A stretch of DNA of 64,000 bases, taken from sequence record NC_070963.1. One strand, written 5' to 3'. Under the pieces are notes generated by a model that saw only the letters and a program-made list of their open reading frames with translations, was not told the origin of the DNA and searched no databases. Positions within the stretch are counted from its first letter, which is position 1. Every line of letters starts with the position of its first letter. Below are positions 16,335 to 27,395 of this stretch, one piece after another. The position numbers and the translations under genes are program-made.

Positions 16335-17336
16335 ATGAAAAAAGCATACATTACTGGTATTACTGGTCAAACGGGTTCCTATTTAGCAGAACTTTTATTG
16401 GAAAAAGGATATGAAGTTCATGGTATGATGAGAAGGTCATCATCATTTAATACATCTAGAATAGATAATATTTTTAATCAGTTAAATCTTCATTATGGAG
16501 ATATGACTGATAGCATTTCTATTTTTAATCATATAAAAGAAATACAACCAGATGAGATATACAATCTTGCTGCACAATCTCATGTTAAGGTTTCTTTTGA
16601 AACACCTTTATATACTGCAGATGTTGATGCTTTGGGAACTCTTAGAATTATTGAATCTGTTAGAACACTTGGATTGGATAAAAAAACAAAAATATATCAA
16701 GCATCTACTTCTGAACTTTATGGTCTTGTTCAAGAAATTCCTCAAAAAGAAACCACTCCATTTTATCCCCGTTCTCCTTATGGGGTAGCAAAACTTTATG
16801 CTTATTGGATATCAAAAAATTATAAAGAATCTTATAATATGTGGATTTCTAATGGTATATTATTTAATCATGAATCACCTAGAAGAGGAGAAACATTTGT
16901 AACTAGAAAAATTGTTCGTGGCCTTTCAAGAATTTCTGTAGGGTTGCAAAATGTTTTAGAATTAGGAAATTTAAATTCCAAAAGAGATTGGACACATGCC
17001 AGAGACAGTGCAGAAGCAATGTGGTTGATGCTACAACAAGAAACTCCTGATGATTATGTGATTGCTACTGGAGAGCAATACTCTGTGCGTGAGTTTGTTG
17101 AAGAAGCGGCACCTTACTTTGGTATGAAGATTGTGTGGCAAGGTGAAGGTCTAGATGAGATTGGCATTGATAAAAACACAGGCAAAACGGTTATTAAAGT
17201 CAATCCTAAATATTTTCGACCTGCTGAAGTAGAGACTTTATTAGGTGATGCCACAAAGGCAAAAGAACAATTAGGTTGGGAACCTAAAACTTCTTTCAAA
17301 CAATTAGTTGAGGATATGTGCATTTATGGACAGTGA
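16335..17336 (+). CDS. gmd: GDP-mannose 4,6-dehydratase
   Basis: [46 protein letters not shown]. Confidence 0.97.
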   Translation: MKKAYITGITGQTGSYLAELLLEKGYEVHGMMRRSSSFNTSRIDNIFNQLNLHYGDMTDSISIFNHIKEIQPDEIYNLAAQSHVKVSFETPLYTADVDALGTLRIIESVRTLGLDKKTKIYQASTSELYGLVQEIPQKETTPFYPRSPYGVAKLYAYWISKNYKESYNMWISNGILFNHESPRRGETFVTRKIVRGLSRISVGLQNVLELGNLNSKRDWTHARDSAEAMWLMLQQETPDDYVIATGEQYSVREFVEEAAPYFGMKIVWQGEGLDEIGIDKNTGKTVIKVNPKYFRPAEVETLLGDATKAKEQLGWEPKTSFKQLVEDMCIYGQ

Positions 17337-18255
17337 TTCTAAAGTATTAGTTGCTGGTGCCAACGGAATGGTTGGTTCAGCAATTGTAAGAAATCTTGAG
17401 AGTAAAGGATATACAAATATAATCAGAGGAACACGTCAAGACGTTGACTTTACAAATCAAGAAGAAGTAGAAAAATATTTTGCCGCCGAAAATCCAGAAT
17501 ATGTTTTTCTTGCTGCTGCCAAAGTTGGTGGTATTATGGCAAATAACAACTATAAAGCAGACTTTTTAACTGAGAACTTACAAATACAAACCAATATTAT
17601 TCAACAGTCTTATAACTTTGGTGTTAAGAAACTGCTGTTTTTGGGTTCTTCTTGCATCTATCCTAAGTTTGCGACTCAACCAATTAAAGAAGAAGAGTTA
17701 ATGACTGGTCCTCTGGAACCAACCAATGATGCTTATGCGATTGCAAAAATTGCTGGTATTATGATGTGTCAGGCATATCGTCAACAGTATGGATTTAATG
17801 CTATTTCTCTGATGCCAACAAATCTTTATGGTCCTAATGATAATTTTGATTTGGAAACCTCACACGTCTTTCCAGCAATGATTGCTAAGTTTCATAATGC
17901 GATGAATCATAGTGAGCACTGGCAAGTTAAACTTTGGGGTGATGGGTCTGCAATGCGTGAGTTTCTACACGTTGATGACCTTGCTGAAGCGTGTTACGTA
18001 TGTATGAAAAAATATGAGGAAGCAGAACACATTAACGTGGGAACTGGTGAAGATGTGACGATTAAACAACTTGCAGAAATGATTGCTGATGTTGTTGGAT
18101 ATGACCGTCATATCAATTGGGATACAACCAAACCAAATGGCACTCCCCGTAAGGTTTTAAATGTAGATAAAATTAAGGCACTTGGATGGGAACCTAAAAT
18201 TAGTCTTCGTGAAGGTATTGAAAAAACCTATCAATGGTATAGAGAATGTCTGTAA
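17326..18255 (+). CDS. fcl: GDP-L-fucose synthase
   Basis: [43 protein letters not shown]. Confidence 0.96.
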   Translation: MDSDSKVLVAGANGMVGSAIVRNLESKGYTNIIRGTRQDVDFTNQEEVEKYFAAENPEYVFLAAAKVGGIMANNNYKADFLTENLQIQTNIIQQSYNFGVKKLLFLGSSCIYPKFATQPIKEEELMTGPLEPTNDAYAIAKIAGIMMCQAYRQQYGFNAISLMPTNLYGPNDNFDLETSHVFPAMIAKFHNAMNHSEHWQVKLWGDGSAMREFLHVDDLAEACYVCMKKYEEAEHINVGTGEDVTIKQLAEMIADVVGYDRHINWDTTKPNGTPRKVLNVDKIKALGWEPKISLREGIEKTYQWYRECL

Positions 18256-18821
18256 GGGACTTTTACAAATCTCATATCGAAGCAATTCAAACTTCTTATG
18301 AGTATCTTGAAGATGATAAAGTTGAAGAATTTATAGACCTTATATTGAATTGTAAAGGTAAAATACTCTTTACTGGAATTGGTAAAAATGGTCACGTTGC
18401 TGCCAAAGCAACTTCTACAATGTCTTCAATTGGAGTTCCTTGTTTTTTCATTGATGCTGTTGACAGTGTTCACGGTGATATGGGAGTCATCAATGAAAAT
18501 GACATACTCATTGCCGTTTCAAAAAGTGGCAATACTGATGAGTTAATTAATTTTTTATATCACGTCAATCATAAGAATTGCAAGATTGTATCTATTCATT
18601 CGAATAATGGTAATCAATCTCAAAAACATTCTTTTCTTGATATTAATCTGCACGTTGATAAGGAAGCAGACCATTTAAATATTGTTCCGACTTCTTCCAT
18701 AGCAATTTTCACAATTTTTCTTCAGTCAGTTGCTTGTGAAATATCAAGAAGAAAAAATCTCACACTTCAAGAGTTTGTAAAAAATCATCCTGGTGGTAGT
18801 ATTGGAAAGACAGTTGTATGA
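18246..18821 (+). CDS. SIS-domain sugar-phosphate isomerase (KdsD/KpsF-like, no CBS domains)
   Basis: TGIGKNGHVA, HGDMG, SKSGNT, PTSS, NHPGG. Confidence 0.85.
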   Translation: MSVRDFYKSHIEAIQTSYEYLEDDKVEEFIDLILNCKGKILFTGIGKNGHVAAKATSTMSSIGVPCFFIDAVDSVHGDMGVINENDILIAVSKSGNTDELINFLYHVNHKNCKIVSIHSNNGNQSQKHSFLDINLHVDKEADHLNIVPTSSIAIFTIFLQSVACEISRRKNLTLQEFVKNHPGGSIGKTVV

Positions 18822-20344
18822 TTACTCATAAAGATGTTAAGTATGTAATTGTTCAGGCGGGTGGTAAAGGCACTCGTCTTGGAAAATATACTATGAACCG
18901 TCCAAAGTGTTTGGTTCCGGTTTATGGGAAACCAATGATTGAACAAACTCTGGAAGTGTATAAAGACAAAACTGTGATTATCATTGGAGATACTCACTTC
19001 AAAATGCTTCTTCATTATATCTGTGAGATTAGTAATAGTGATAATTACATTTTACTTCAAACGGATGAAGATGGCACTGCTGCTGGTATTAGGGCAGCAC
19101 TTCAAAATGTTCCGGATGGAGAACCATTTATCATAACCTGGTCTGATTTATTCTTTGAGAAACAGCAGGAGTTTGAGTTTGACAATGAAATGTTAGTTGG
19201 ACTTGCTGGAAATTTTGATTGTAGATGGTCTTTAGAAAATGGAGTATTCAAAAATATTCCTTCACAAGAAAAGGGAGTGTCTGGATTTTTTGCCTTTAAA
19301 AATAAGCAAAGATTTGAGAATCTAAAAACTGATAAGTCATTGGTAAGAGGATTTTTGTCAGATAATTATACACCCAAAGAAATATCTTCCTTTACGAATC
19401 ACGACTGCTTTGAAGTTGGAACAGTAGAAAAATACGAAGAGATACTGAGTAAGGAAGTCAATCACAGATTTTTTAATGAAGTTAAAGTTGAAGAAGATAA
19501 GGTCTATAAGAAATGTGTGGATTTGAAATATGATAAAGTTCATCAAGCAGAAAAAGATTGGTATGATTATGTGAAGGATTCTTTTACAAGAATACCAATC
19601 ATATATTCTACAGACCCACTAATAATGTCTAGAATAGAGGGTAAGCACGCTTGGGAAATTAAATCCAACAAAGATTGGATAATTGAAAATTACTGTGATG
19701 CTCTTCAACAACTTCACAGTATTAAAGGAAGTTGCGAACCACTCAGTGACTATGATTGTGCTGATACTTATATGTTTAAACCTTATCAAAGGGTAATGCA
19801 AGTCAGGCACATTATTGAGGATTTTTCTAAACCTGTGATTCAAATTAATCGCAAGTCGTGCCGAAATCCTTTTTGTGATATGAGAAGTTTTGAAGAGATT
19901 ATGGAAAAGAATCTTCTCAAGAATCTTCGTTATACTGTCATTCACGGCGATTGTACGTTCAGTAACACTCTAGTTGATGATAAGAATCAAGTTTGGTTCA
20001 TTGACCCAAGAGGAACTTTTGGAGGGTCTAAAATATATGGAGACCCCCGATATGATTGGGCAAAACTTTATTATTCTGCTGTGGGTAATTATGACAAAAT
20101 CAATTCTAAAAAGTTTAGTGTAGATAGAAGCAACGGTATTAAACTTGATATTGAGTCAAATGGATATGAGCATCTAGGTGAGTATATCATTCAACGGTCT
20201 AAAATGACTAAACTTGAAATGCTTTTACTTCACGCTGGTATTTGGTTCTCTCTGTCTGGTTATGTAAAAGAAGATATTGATGCTGTTTTGTATTCATTTT
20301 ATAAAGGATGTGAATTATGGTCGGAAGCAATTATTCTGATTTAA
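18818..20344 (+). CDS. Nucleotidyltransferase fused to an APH/choline-kinase-like domain
   Basis: N-terminal QAGGKGTRL...PKCL; C-terminal IHGDCTFSN...FIDPRG...YDWAK. Confidence 0.8.
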   Translation: MITHKDVKYVIVQAGGKGTRLGKYTMNRPKCLVPVYGKPMIEQTLEVYKDKTVIIIGDTHFKMLLHYICEISNSDNYILLQTDEDGTAAGIRAALQNVPDGEPFIITWSDLFFEKQQEFEFDNEMLVGLAGNFDCRWSLENGVFKNIPSQEKGVSGFFAFKNKQRFENLKTDKSLVRGFLSDNYTPKEISSFTNHDCFEVGTVEKYEEILSKEVNHRFFNEVKVEEDKVYKKCVDLKYDKVHQAEKDWYDYVKDSFTRIPIIYSTDPLIMSRIEGKHAWEIKSNKDWIIENYCDALQQLHSIKGSCEPLSDYDCADTYMFKPYQRVMQVRHIIEDFSKPVIQINRKSCRNPFCDMRSFEEIMEKNLLKNLRYTVIHGDCTFSNTLVDDKNQVWFIDPRGTFGGSKIYGDPRYDWAKLYYSAVGNYDKINSKKFSVDRSNGIKLDIESNGYEHLGEYIIQRSKMTKLEMLLLHAGIWFSLSGYVKEDIDAVLYSFYKGCELWSEAIILI

Positions 20345-20658
20345 ATAAGACGTGGATATTTGATTTGGATGGAACTCTACTCAAACACAATGGGTATAAG
20401 AATGGTGGGGAAGAATTGCTTCCTGGTGTAAAAGACTTCTTTTCAAAAATATCAAAGGATGATAGGATTGTTATTTTGACTGCCAGAGATACAAAATATC
20501 AACAAATTACTGAAAAGTTTCTTAACGATAACGGGATTAGGTTTGACCATATCATTTATGATTTACCCATAGGTGAAAGGATACTATTCAATGATAAAAA
20601 ACCAAGTGGTCTTAAAACCGCATATGCTTATAATTTAGATAGAGATTCTGGACTATGA
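20317..20658 (+). CDS. HAD-superfamily phosphatase
   Basis: IFDLDGTL, LTAR, NDKK motifs. Confidence 0.8.
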   Translation: MVGSNYSDLNKTWIFDLDGTLLKHNGYKNGGEELLPGVKDFFSKISKDDRIVILTARDTKYQQITEKFLNDNGIRFDHIIYDLPIGERILFNDKKPSGLKTAYAYNLDRDSGL

Positions 20659-21422
20659 ATGCTTTCATAACTCTTCAAGACCCTAGATTCAATTATTCTT
20701 ACAAAGGATTTTGTTCAATTGTTTGTGCCATTATTGATATCGCACTAGAGCATTATTCTGTTTATGATAATTTGAATTGTAATATTTTTGAACCACAAAC
20801 TCTTAAACTTTTTGATAATGTTTATGAGGATGGTGATGATGAGTATGATGCTGGGTCTTGGTGGTTAAATCGGTTTTTTCAAAATGAACTACATCATTCT
20901 GATTACAATGCTCATACAATTGCCAATCTTGAAAACTTAAAGTTAAAGAATGAAGTATTCAATACCATTCTCAAACTAAAGGAAGATAAGAAAAAAATCT
21001 TTGAGAAAAAATTTACTGATTTGGGAATTACTAATAAAACTCTTGGTGTTCAAATTAGGGGAACTGATAAGAAAGTTGAGGTTCCAGAACCAGATATAGA
21101 TAATATTATCAAAAAGATTGATGAATATTTTGAAGTGACAGATGTACAAAATATCTTTTTAGCAACGGATGATGTCAAATATCTAAATCCAATTAGAGAA
21201 AGGTATGGGAATTTAGTTTTGTATGATGAATCTATTCACATCAGCACAGACAACAATCCATTACATAATTTACCTAATAGAGATATAATTAATGAAGAAG
21301 TATTATCGAGCGTTTTTATTCTTTCAAGGTGTAGTCACTTTTTGTATAGTTTTTCAAATGTTAGTCTCCTTGCGTTAATTATGGGAGTGAATAATTATCA
21401 AACAATCGCAAATTTAAATTAA
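20655..21422 (+). CDS. NodZ/GT23-like fucosyltransferase-fold protein
   Basis: LGVQIRGTDK, IFLATDD, LSRC..F....SNVS. Confidence 0.7.
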   Translation: MNAFITLQDPRFNYSYKGFCSIVCAIIDIALEHYSVYDNLNCNIFEPQTLKLFDNVYEDGDDEYDAGSWWLNRFFQNELHHSDYNAHTIANLENLKLKNEVFNTILKLKEDKKKIFEKKFTDLGITNKTLGVQIRGTDKKVEVPEPDIDNIIKKIDEYFEVTDVQNIFLATDDVKYLNPIRERYGNLVLYDESIHISTDNNPLHNLPNRDIINEEVLSSVFILSRCSHFLYSFSNVSLLALIMGVNNYQTIANLN

Positions 21423-22099
21423 TGAAATATATCTATCATCATTTAGGATTAGGTGACCATATTATTAATAATGGTATGGTTAGGCATTTTTATAAAGAGT
21501 ATGGTGCTATTACGCTGTTCTCATACAAGCACAATGTTAAAAATGTTCAGTATATGTATCGTGACTTGGAAAAGTTTCAAGTCATTGGTATCGAAAGTGA
21601 TGCTCAAGCAGATTACTATATTTCAAATAATAATCTAGATTGTTTGAAGATTGGATTTAGTGACTTGTCTGGTGTAATGCCTAAACTTCCATTTGACAAG
21701 GCATTTTATAAACTTGCTGGATTAGATTTCTCAGTAAGATTTGATGAGTTTTACTTTAAAAGAGATTTGGAAAAAGAGAAAGAGGTTTTGGATAGTTTAA
21801 ATCCAACTGGAGAATCTTATATTTTTATACACGATGATGCCTCCCGTGGATTTTCAATTGATATGAATAGAATTGAAACCAAACATAAAGTGATTATGAA
21901 TGATAAGAGATTCAACGTCTTTGATTATATCTCTCTTATTGAAAACGCAGAGGAGATTCATTTTATGCAGTCGTCTTTCAAGGAACTAATGTGCTCTTAT
22001 AAGTTAGAAAAACCAACCCTGTATCAGCACAACTATGTCAGACAGTATGATGAGTCAATGAATTCTTCTGGTCTGAATCCATTTATTGAGATAAACTGA
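21422..22099 (+). CDS. Glycosyltransferase-like hypothetical protein
   Basis: HHLGLGDHII GT-B-like start; operon context. Confidence 0.55.
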   Translation: MKYIYHHLGLGDHIINNGMVRHFYKEYGAITLFSYKHNVKNVQYMYRDLEKFQVIGIESDAQADYYISNNNLDCLKIGFSDLSGVMPKLPFDKAFYKLAGLDFSVRFDEFYFKRDLEKEKEVLDSLNPTGESYIFIHDDASRGFSIDMNRIETKHKVIMNDKRFNVFDYISLIENAEEIHFMQSSFKELMCSYKLEKPTLYQHNYVRQYDESMNSSGLNPFIEIN

Positions 22100-22806
22100 T
22101 GATTAGTATTGTAACTGGTACACTCAATCGAGTGGGAATGCTTCCCAATTTAATTGCAAATACCGTTCTTGCTGATGAACGATTGGAATTGGTATTAGTT
22201 GATGGGGGAAGTAATGACGGGACAATTGACTATATTAAACAACTTAATCATCCACGGATTAAATTAATTGAAGTTGGTGGTAGAAGTTCATATCCACACT
22301 TTATGAATCTTGGTATTCAAGCAGCAACTCACGAAGTTGTTTGTCAGTGGAATGATGATGTAATCCTATGTAATGAGTGGAGTGAAGTTTTTTTAGAACT
22401 TCAATCAAATCACGATTTCTATCTCTTTAATTGGAAGTATGGAACTTATGAAGACGCAAAAAACCCAGAGTGGTTAAATGGGATGTATCATACAGAAGGA
22501 TGGTGTCTGTGTAATATTGCCGATTCTGGTGGAGAAATTGTAATGAATTATGGATTATATCGTAAGAAGATATTCAGAGAAATTGGAATGTATAATTTAG
22601 AATATCAATATTATTGTGCTGATGGAGATATGTCTTATCGCGCTTATAAGTTTGGATATAAAGTTAAAGATTTGAGACACATTAAAGTTTGCTCTCTTCC
22701 CGCAAGCAAGGTTGCTACTTCTCATCCCGAAGACCATCTAATTTATCATAAAAATATGGATATGTATCACCATAAGATTCTACCTGAAGGTCTTCAATAT
22801 CTCTGA
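22099..22806 (+). CDS. Family 2 glycosyltransferase
   Basis: ISIVTGTLNR, VDGGSNDGT, MNLGI, YCADGD. Confidence 0.85.
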   Translation: MISIVTGTLNRVGMLPNLIANTVLADERLELVLVDGGSNDGTIDYIKQLNHPRIKLIEVGGRSSYPHFMNLGIQAATHEVVCQWNDDVILCNEWSEVFLELQSNHDFYLFNWKYGTYEDAKNPEWLNGMYHTEGWCLCNIADSGGEIVMNYGLYRKKIFREIGMYNLEYQYYCADGDMSYRAYKFGYKVKDLRHIKVCSLPASKVATSHPEDHLIYHKNMDMYHHKILPEGLQYL

Positions 22807-23474
22807 ATAATCATATCACGATAATTTGATAATTGATTATCATTTTCATCAAATGGTTCTCCAATAAAAGCAAAGTCATCTAACTTGCGGTCTCTTTTGA
22901 TTGGAGTTCCAATGCCTTCATAATTGAAGTATTCATCGTGAAGAAACAAACTCTCAACTGCTCTGGGGTAAATAATTTCTTGTAAAAATCTTTGGTCTAC
23001 TGCTCTATCAGTCACCCAAGAACTTGTTTGAATATATTCATTCATTTTTTCTTGAATGTTTTCTACAAAGCAACCTCGTGCTCCCCACATTCCAGCACTG
23101 ATTTCCCAAGCGTGACCACCAGGATGGTCACGAATAATATGAAAACACTTTCCAGAATCTAACCATTCCTGTACAGCAACCGCATCACGTTCAAACAAAC
23201 GTGAGTCGCAATCTCTGGAAATGAAGCACTCTACTTTTTCTGATGCTGGAGCAAAACGCCACATTGCATTACATACTCCTTGTTCTACTCCAGTATTGAT
23301 TAGAACAACATTATTTGCTTCCAGTTGCTCTAATACATAATTAGGAACAGAGTCATTATGATAAACTCTCATTTCCCAACCAGGAAAAAAGGTTTCTTTC
23401 AATTCTGAATTTTTGATTGCCCCTATTGTATATTTGGGGTTATCGCCATATAATGAAAAGGAAATGACTTTCAT
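22794..23474 (-). CDS. GT-A-like hypothetical protein
   Basis: ISFSLYG...MWRF...FISRDCDSR...IRDHP. Confidence 0.65.
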   Translation of the reverse strand: MKVISFSLYGDNPKYTIGAIKNSELKETFFPGWEMRVYHNDSVPNYVLEQLEANNVVLINTGVEQGVCNAMWRFAPASEKVECFISRDCDSRLFERDAVAVQEWLDSGKCFHIIRDHPGGHAWEISAGMWGARGCFVENIQEKMNEYIQTSSWVTDRAVDQRFLQEIIYPRAVESLFLHDEYFNYEGIGTPIKRDRKLDDFAFIGEPFDENDNQLSNYRDMIIQRY

Positions 23475-23498
23475 AATAACATATAATCTTTATTATAT

Positions 23499-24320
23499 AT
23501 GAGTAAGAAAAAACAGTATAATTTAATTGGTGCTGGATTCAACAATTATGATAACGGAAATAAAGCATCTTCAATTCATAAACAAGAATCAAAGTTTATA
23601 GAGTGGGTCGATTCTGGAGCAGAAGAAACTTTTTACGTAGACCGATACATTGGTCTTGCTTTTGATGATGATTCTAGTAAGAAAAAGTATGCTTGGTTGC
23701 TAGAATCAGCAAACATTTGCCCAGATGTATTGGAAGATGTGAAGAGAAATTATCTTCATTATGTTCGTGTTTATGATGCCATTTTTACTCATCATCAAGA
23801 ACTAATTCAACTTCACTCAAAGTTTAAGTTTGCTCCTTTGTATGGAAGTTGGATTACTAAACCAGAACTTTATGAGAAAAGCAAATTAGTATCAATGATT
23901 TGCTCAAACAAAGTAATGTGTGAGGGGCATCAGTATCGTTTGTCTTGGGCACAAAAACTTCAGGGTCAAGTTGATTTTTATGGTAGAGGATTTAATGAGA
24001 TTCAATCAAAAGAAGAAGGTCTAGTTGATTATATGTTCTCTGTTGCAATTGAAAATGCCTCTTATGAATCTTACTTCACTGAAAAGATTCAAGATTGTTT
24101 TTCAACAGCAACGATTCCAGTTTATTATGGGTCTCCCGACATTGGAAAGTTTTTCAATCCAAAGGGAATTATTACACTCACCGATGATTTTGATATTTCT
24201 CAATTGACAGAAGAAGTATATTATGATAAACTGGAAGCGGTGAAAGAGAATCTAGAAATCGTTAAAGATTTTCTAATCAACGAAGATTACATTTATAAAA
24301 CTTACTTACAGGAACTATGA
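23499..24320 (+). CDS. GT10-like (alpha-1,3-fucosyltransferase family) protein
   Basis: YMFSVAIEN...YFTEKIQD...IPVYYG motif. Confidence 0.75.
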   Translation: MSKKKQYNLIGAGFNNYDNGNKASSIHKQESKFIEWVDSGAEETFYVDRYIGLAFDDDSSKKKYAWLLESANICPDVLEDVKRNYLHYVRVYDAIFTHHQELIQLHSKFKFAPLYGSWITKPELYEKSKLVSMICSNKVMCEGHQYRLSWAQKLQGQVDFYGRGFNEIQSKEEGLVDYMFSVAIENASYESYFTEKIQDCFSTATIPVYYGSPDIGKFFNPKGIITLTDDFDISQLTEEVYYDKLEAVKENLEIVKDFLINEDYIYKTYLQEL

Positions 24321-24934
24321 TTTTAAGTTTTACCACTATGGTGAAAAAATACAATATGGATATTAAAGGAATTATCCATATTGGTGCTCATCGAGGACAA
24401 GAAATTGAAGAATATGTAGATAATGGTATTCAGGATATTATTATGTTTGAACCTGTAAGTTTGAACTTTAATATTCTTGAAAAGAGAATGGCAGATGTAA
24501 ATGCTAATATTTCTGCCTATCAGGTTGCTCTAGGTAATGAAGAGAAAAATGTCACAATGTATTTGAGTGATAATGACCTGATTAGTAGTTCTGTTTTACG
24601 TCCAAAGGTTCATCTTCAACTTCATCCTGGTGTTGGATTTCCTGGAACTGAAGAAGTTGAAATGAAGAGGTTGGATAGTTTTGCTGAAGAAACACAGAAC
24701 TTTAATTTCATTAATATGGATGTTCAGGGATATGAACTTGAAGTTCTGAAGGGTGGTGCTGAAACTCTGAAGCACGTTGATTATGTGTATTGTGAAATTA
24801 ATCGTGATGAACTCTACGAAGGAAATGCTTTTGTAGAAGACCTTGATGAGTTTTTGTCTGGTTATAGTATGGAAAGAGTAGAAACGGATTGGGCAGGAAC
24901 TCTTTGGGGAGATGCTCTTTATGTGAGGAAGTGA
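24317..24934 (+). CDS. FkbM-family methyltransferase
   Basis: IHIGAHRG, FEP, NMDVQGYELEVLKG. Confidence 0.88.
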   Translation: MILSFTTMVKKYNMDIKGIIHIGAHRGQEIEEYVDNGIQDIIMFEPVSLNFNILEKRMADVNANISAYQVALGNEEKNVTMYLSDNDLISSSVLRPKVHLQLHPGVGFPGTEEVEMKRLDSFAEETQNFNFINMDVQGYELEVLKGGAETLKHVDYVYCEINRDELYEGNAFVEDLDEFLSGYSMERVETDWAGTLWGDALYVRK

Positions 24935-24935
24935 G

Positions 24936-25778
24936 ATGGCAATTAGTTATAACCGACTTGGTTCTAATGGTCGTCTAGGTAATCAGATGTTCCAGTATGC
25001 TGCTCTTCGTGGCATTGCTGCTCATCGTGGATTTGATTGGTTGATTCCAAAACCAGATAGTTATGGCGATTCAAACTATGGTCTTTTTGATTGCTTTCGA
25101 ATGGAATCTGTTCAAGAAAGTAATTTTGGGATTCTAAATGCTCAGAGTATTTCTACAGGAGAGTTTCACTTTATTCAAGAGTTTTTTAATACGTGTCCAG
25201 ATAATGTAAATCTTCACGACTACTTTACTTCTGAAAAATATTTTTTAAATGTGAGTAATATCATTCGTAAAGATTACACGTTTAAAGATGAGATTCTAGA
25301 ACCTTGTAAAGAAATTATTGATGGGATTGATAATCCAATCTTTCTTCACGTTCGTCGGGGAGATTATTTGGTAAAACCAGAGGCACATCCACCGTGCCCA
25401 ATTAGTTACTACAAAGAAGCATTGACTTATTTCAAAGATGATACACCAGTTCTTGTATTTTCTGATGATATTGAATGGTGTAAAGAACAAGAACTATTTT
25501 CAGACGACCGATTTATGCTTTCGGAATACACTGAAAAGTATCCTCAGACTTGTGACACTCTTCAAGGAAGGCAACAAGCACTCATTCCTTACTTTGATTT
25601 GTGTATGATGTCTCTGTGTAATGGGGGTATCATTGCTAACAGTACGATGAGTTGGTGGGGAGCGTGGTTAATTCGTACCCCATCTCAACCAATTATTGCT
25701 CCAAAGAATTGGTTTGGTTCAATGTACAGTCACTACAATATGAATGATTTGATTCCTTTGGGGTGGATTGAAGTATGA
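24936..25778 (+). CDS. GT11 alpha-1,2-fucosyltransferase
   Basis: GRLGNQMFQYA, LHVRRGDY, FSDD, IANSTMSWWGAW. Confidence 0.9.
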   Translation: MAISYNRLGSNGRLGNQMFQYAALRGIAAHRGFDWLIPKPDSYGDSNYGLFDCFRMESVQESNFGILNAQSISTGEFHFIQEFFNTCPDNVNLHDYFTSEKYFLNVSNIIRKDYTFKDEILEPCKEIIDGIDNPIFLHVRRGDYLVKPEAHPPCPISYYKEALTYFKDDTPVLVFSDDIEWCKEQELFSDDRFMLSEYTEKYPQTCDTLQGRQQALIPYFDLCMMSLCNGGIIANSTMSWWGAWLIRTPSQPIIAPKNWFGSMYSHYNMNDLIPLGWIEV

Positions 25779-26602
25779 ATAATCTTACATTCCTAATGCC
25801 TTGTCGGATTGAAAGTGAAGACCGACTTAAAAATGTAATTACCTCAATTAGTTACATTACTCATCATTTTCCACAGTCGCCAATTATTATCAAGGAAAAT
25901 GATACTCAATCTGTCTTTCAGGACAAGGTACTTCCAGTCATTGAAAGAATCTTTGGAGACATTCCAACCAATCTCTATCATATCTTCGAGCAATCTAACA
26001 ATCAATTCTTCTATAAGACACGTATTTTAAACGACCTTCTTCTTTCTTCAAGAACTGAAGTTGTTTATAATTATGATGTGGATGTTGTATATCCAGTATC
26101 AAGTTATGTGACTGCTTATAATATGATTACTCAAGGTGGATTTGATGCTGTCTATCCCTATGGGTGTGGTGTTTATCAATGGGCAGTTGATTATCCAATT
26201 CCTCTGTTTGATGCTTTTATTCAGTCGAAGTTTGATTTGAATGTTCTTCAACCGAACTGTAAATTACAACCCTCTGTAATGGGGTGGGGTCAGATGATTA
26301 AGCGTCAAGTTTATATTGACTCTTATATGTGGAATGAGAATTTTATTTCTTGGGGTGCCGAAGACTGTGAATATTATTATCGTCTTCAAGCACTAGGTTA
26401 TCGTGTGGGAAGAGTCAATGATATGGTCTATCACTTTGACCACGCTCGCACTTTTAATTCACATTATCACAATCCAAAGTTTATGGACAATCATAATCTT
26501 TGGCAAACAATAAGAAAATTAGACAAAGATGCTATAATAAGATATTATGAAGACCAAAATTATGTTAAGGAGAGAAGGAGACAACTAAATGCTGGCGTTT
26601 AA
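25775..26602 (+). CDS. GT2/GT7-like glycosyltransferase
   Basis: NYDVDV, WNENFISWGAED, VYHFDH. Confidence 0.75.
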   Translation: MNNLTFLMPCRIESEDRLKNVITSISYITHHFPQSPIIIKENDTQSVFQDKVLPVIERIFGDIPTNLYHIFEQSNNQFFYKTRILNDLLLSSRTEVVYNYDVDVVYPVSSYVTAYNMITQGGFDAVYPYGCGVYQWAVDYPIPLFDAFIQSKFDLNVLQPNCKLQPSVMGWGQMIKRQVYIDSYMWNENFISWGAEDCEYYYRLQALGYRVGRVNDMVYHFDHARTFNSHYHNPKFMDNHNLWQTIRKLDKDAIIRYYEDQNYVKERRRQLNAGV

Positions 26603-27395
26603 TTATCTTGGAAAACTAGGTCGTTTAGGAAACCAAATGTTTCAATACGCCTCTTTAAGGGGTATTGCTCGTAATCGTGGATATGATTTTTGTATTCCGA
26701 ATCACACTCAAGTTGTGAAAGACCCTTACGGGTTTGATATGAAGATTGAACTATTTTATCCTTTTGAGATGTTATATGTTCTTCCTCATAACATCAAACT
26801 TCTTGATAGAGGATATGCACCAGTTGCAGAAGAAAGGCATTTTCATTTTGATGAAACTCTTTTTAATATGTGTCCAGATGAGATTACTCTTGCTGGATTC
26901 TTTCAAAGTGAAAAATACTTTCAGCACATTGAAGAAGAGATTCGTGCAGACTTCACTTTTAAAAATGAAATTTTAGAACCTTGTAAGGAAATGATGGGTT
27001 CTATTGGTGAAGCGATTAGTTTGCATATTCGCCGCACAGATTATCTTCAAAATCCAAATCATACTGCTCTTGACTTGGAGTATTATCAAACAGCACTTCA
27101 GAAGTTTGATTCTAATCTTCCTGTCATTATTTTCTCCGATGACCCCGAATGGTGTAAGGAGCAAGAACTTTTTTCAGATGAACGTTTTATGGCTTCTGAA
27201 TCTGGAGACCAATATGTGGATATGTGTTTGATGAGTCTTTGTAGTCATCATATTATTGCCAACTCTTCGTTCTCTTGGTGGGGCGCCTGGTTGTCAAACA
27301 GTAATAATGTGATTGCTCCTACAAAATGGTTTGGTGAAGATAATCAAGATAAAGATACGAAAGATTTAATTCTTGAGCGTTGGACAAGAATCTGA
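26589..27395 (+). CDS. Second GT11 alpha-1,2-fucosyltransferase
   Basis: GRLGNQMFQYA, LHIRRTDY, IANSSFSWWGAW. Confidence 0.9.
   Translation: MLAFNYLGKLGRLGNQMFQYASLRGIARNRGYDFCIPNHTQVVKDPYGFDMKIELFYPFEMLYVLPHNIKLLDRGYAPVAEERHFHFDETLFNMCPDEITLAGFFQSEKYFQHIEEEIRADFTFKNEILEPCKEMMGSIGEAISLHIRRTDYLQNPNHTALDLEYYQTALQKFDSNLPVIIFSDDPEWCKEQELFSDERFMASESGDQYVDMCLMSLCSHHIIANSSFSWWGAWLSNSNNVIAPTKWFGEDNQDKDTKDLILERWTRI

Noticed and set aside
22794-23474. Invertase-driven phase switch
   Set aside because: No flanking inverted repeats and no recombinase found
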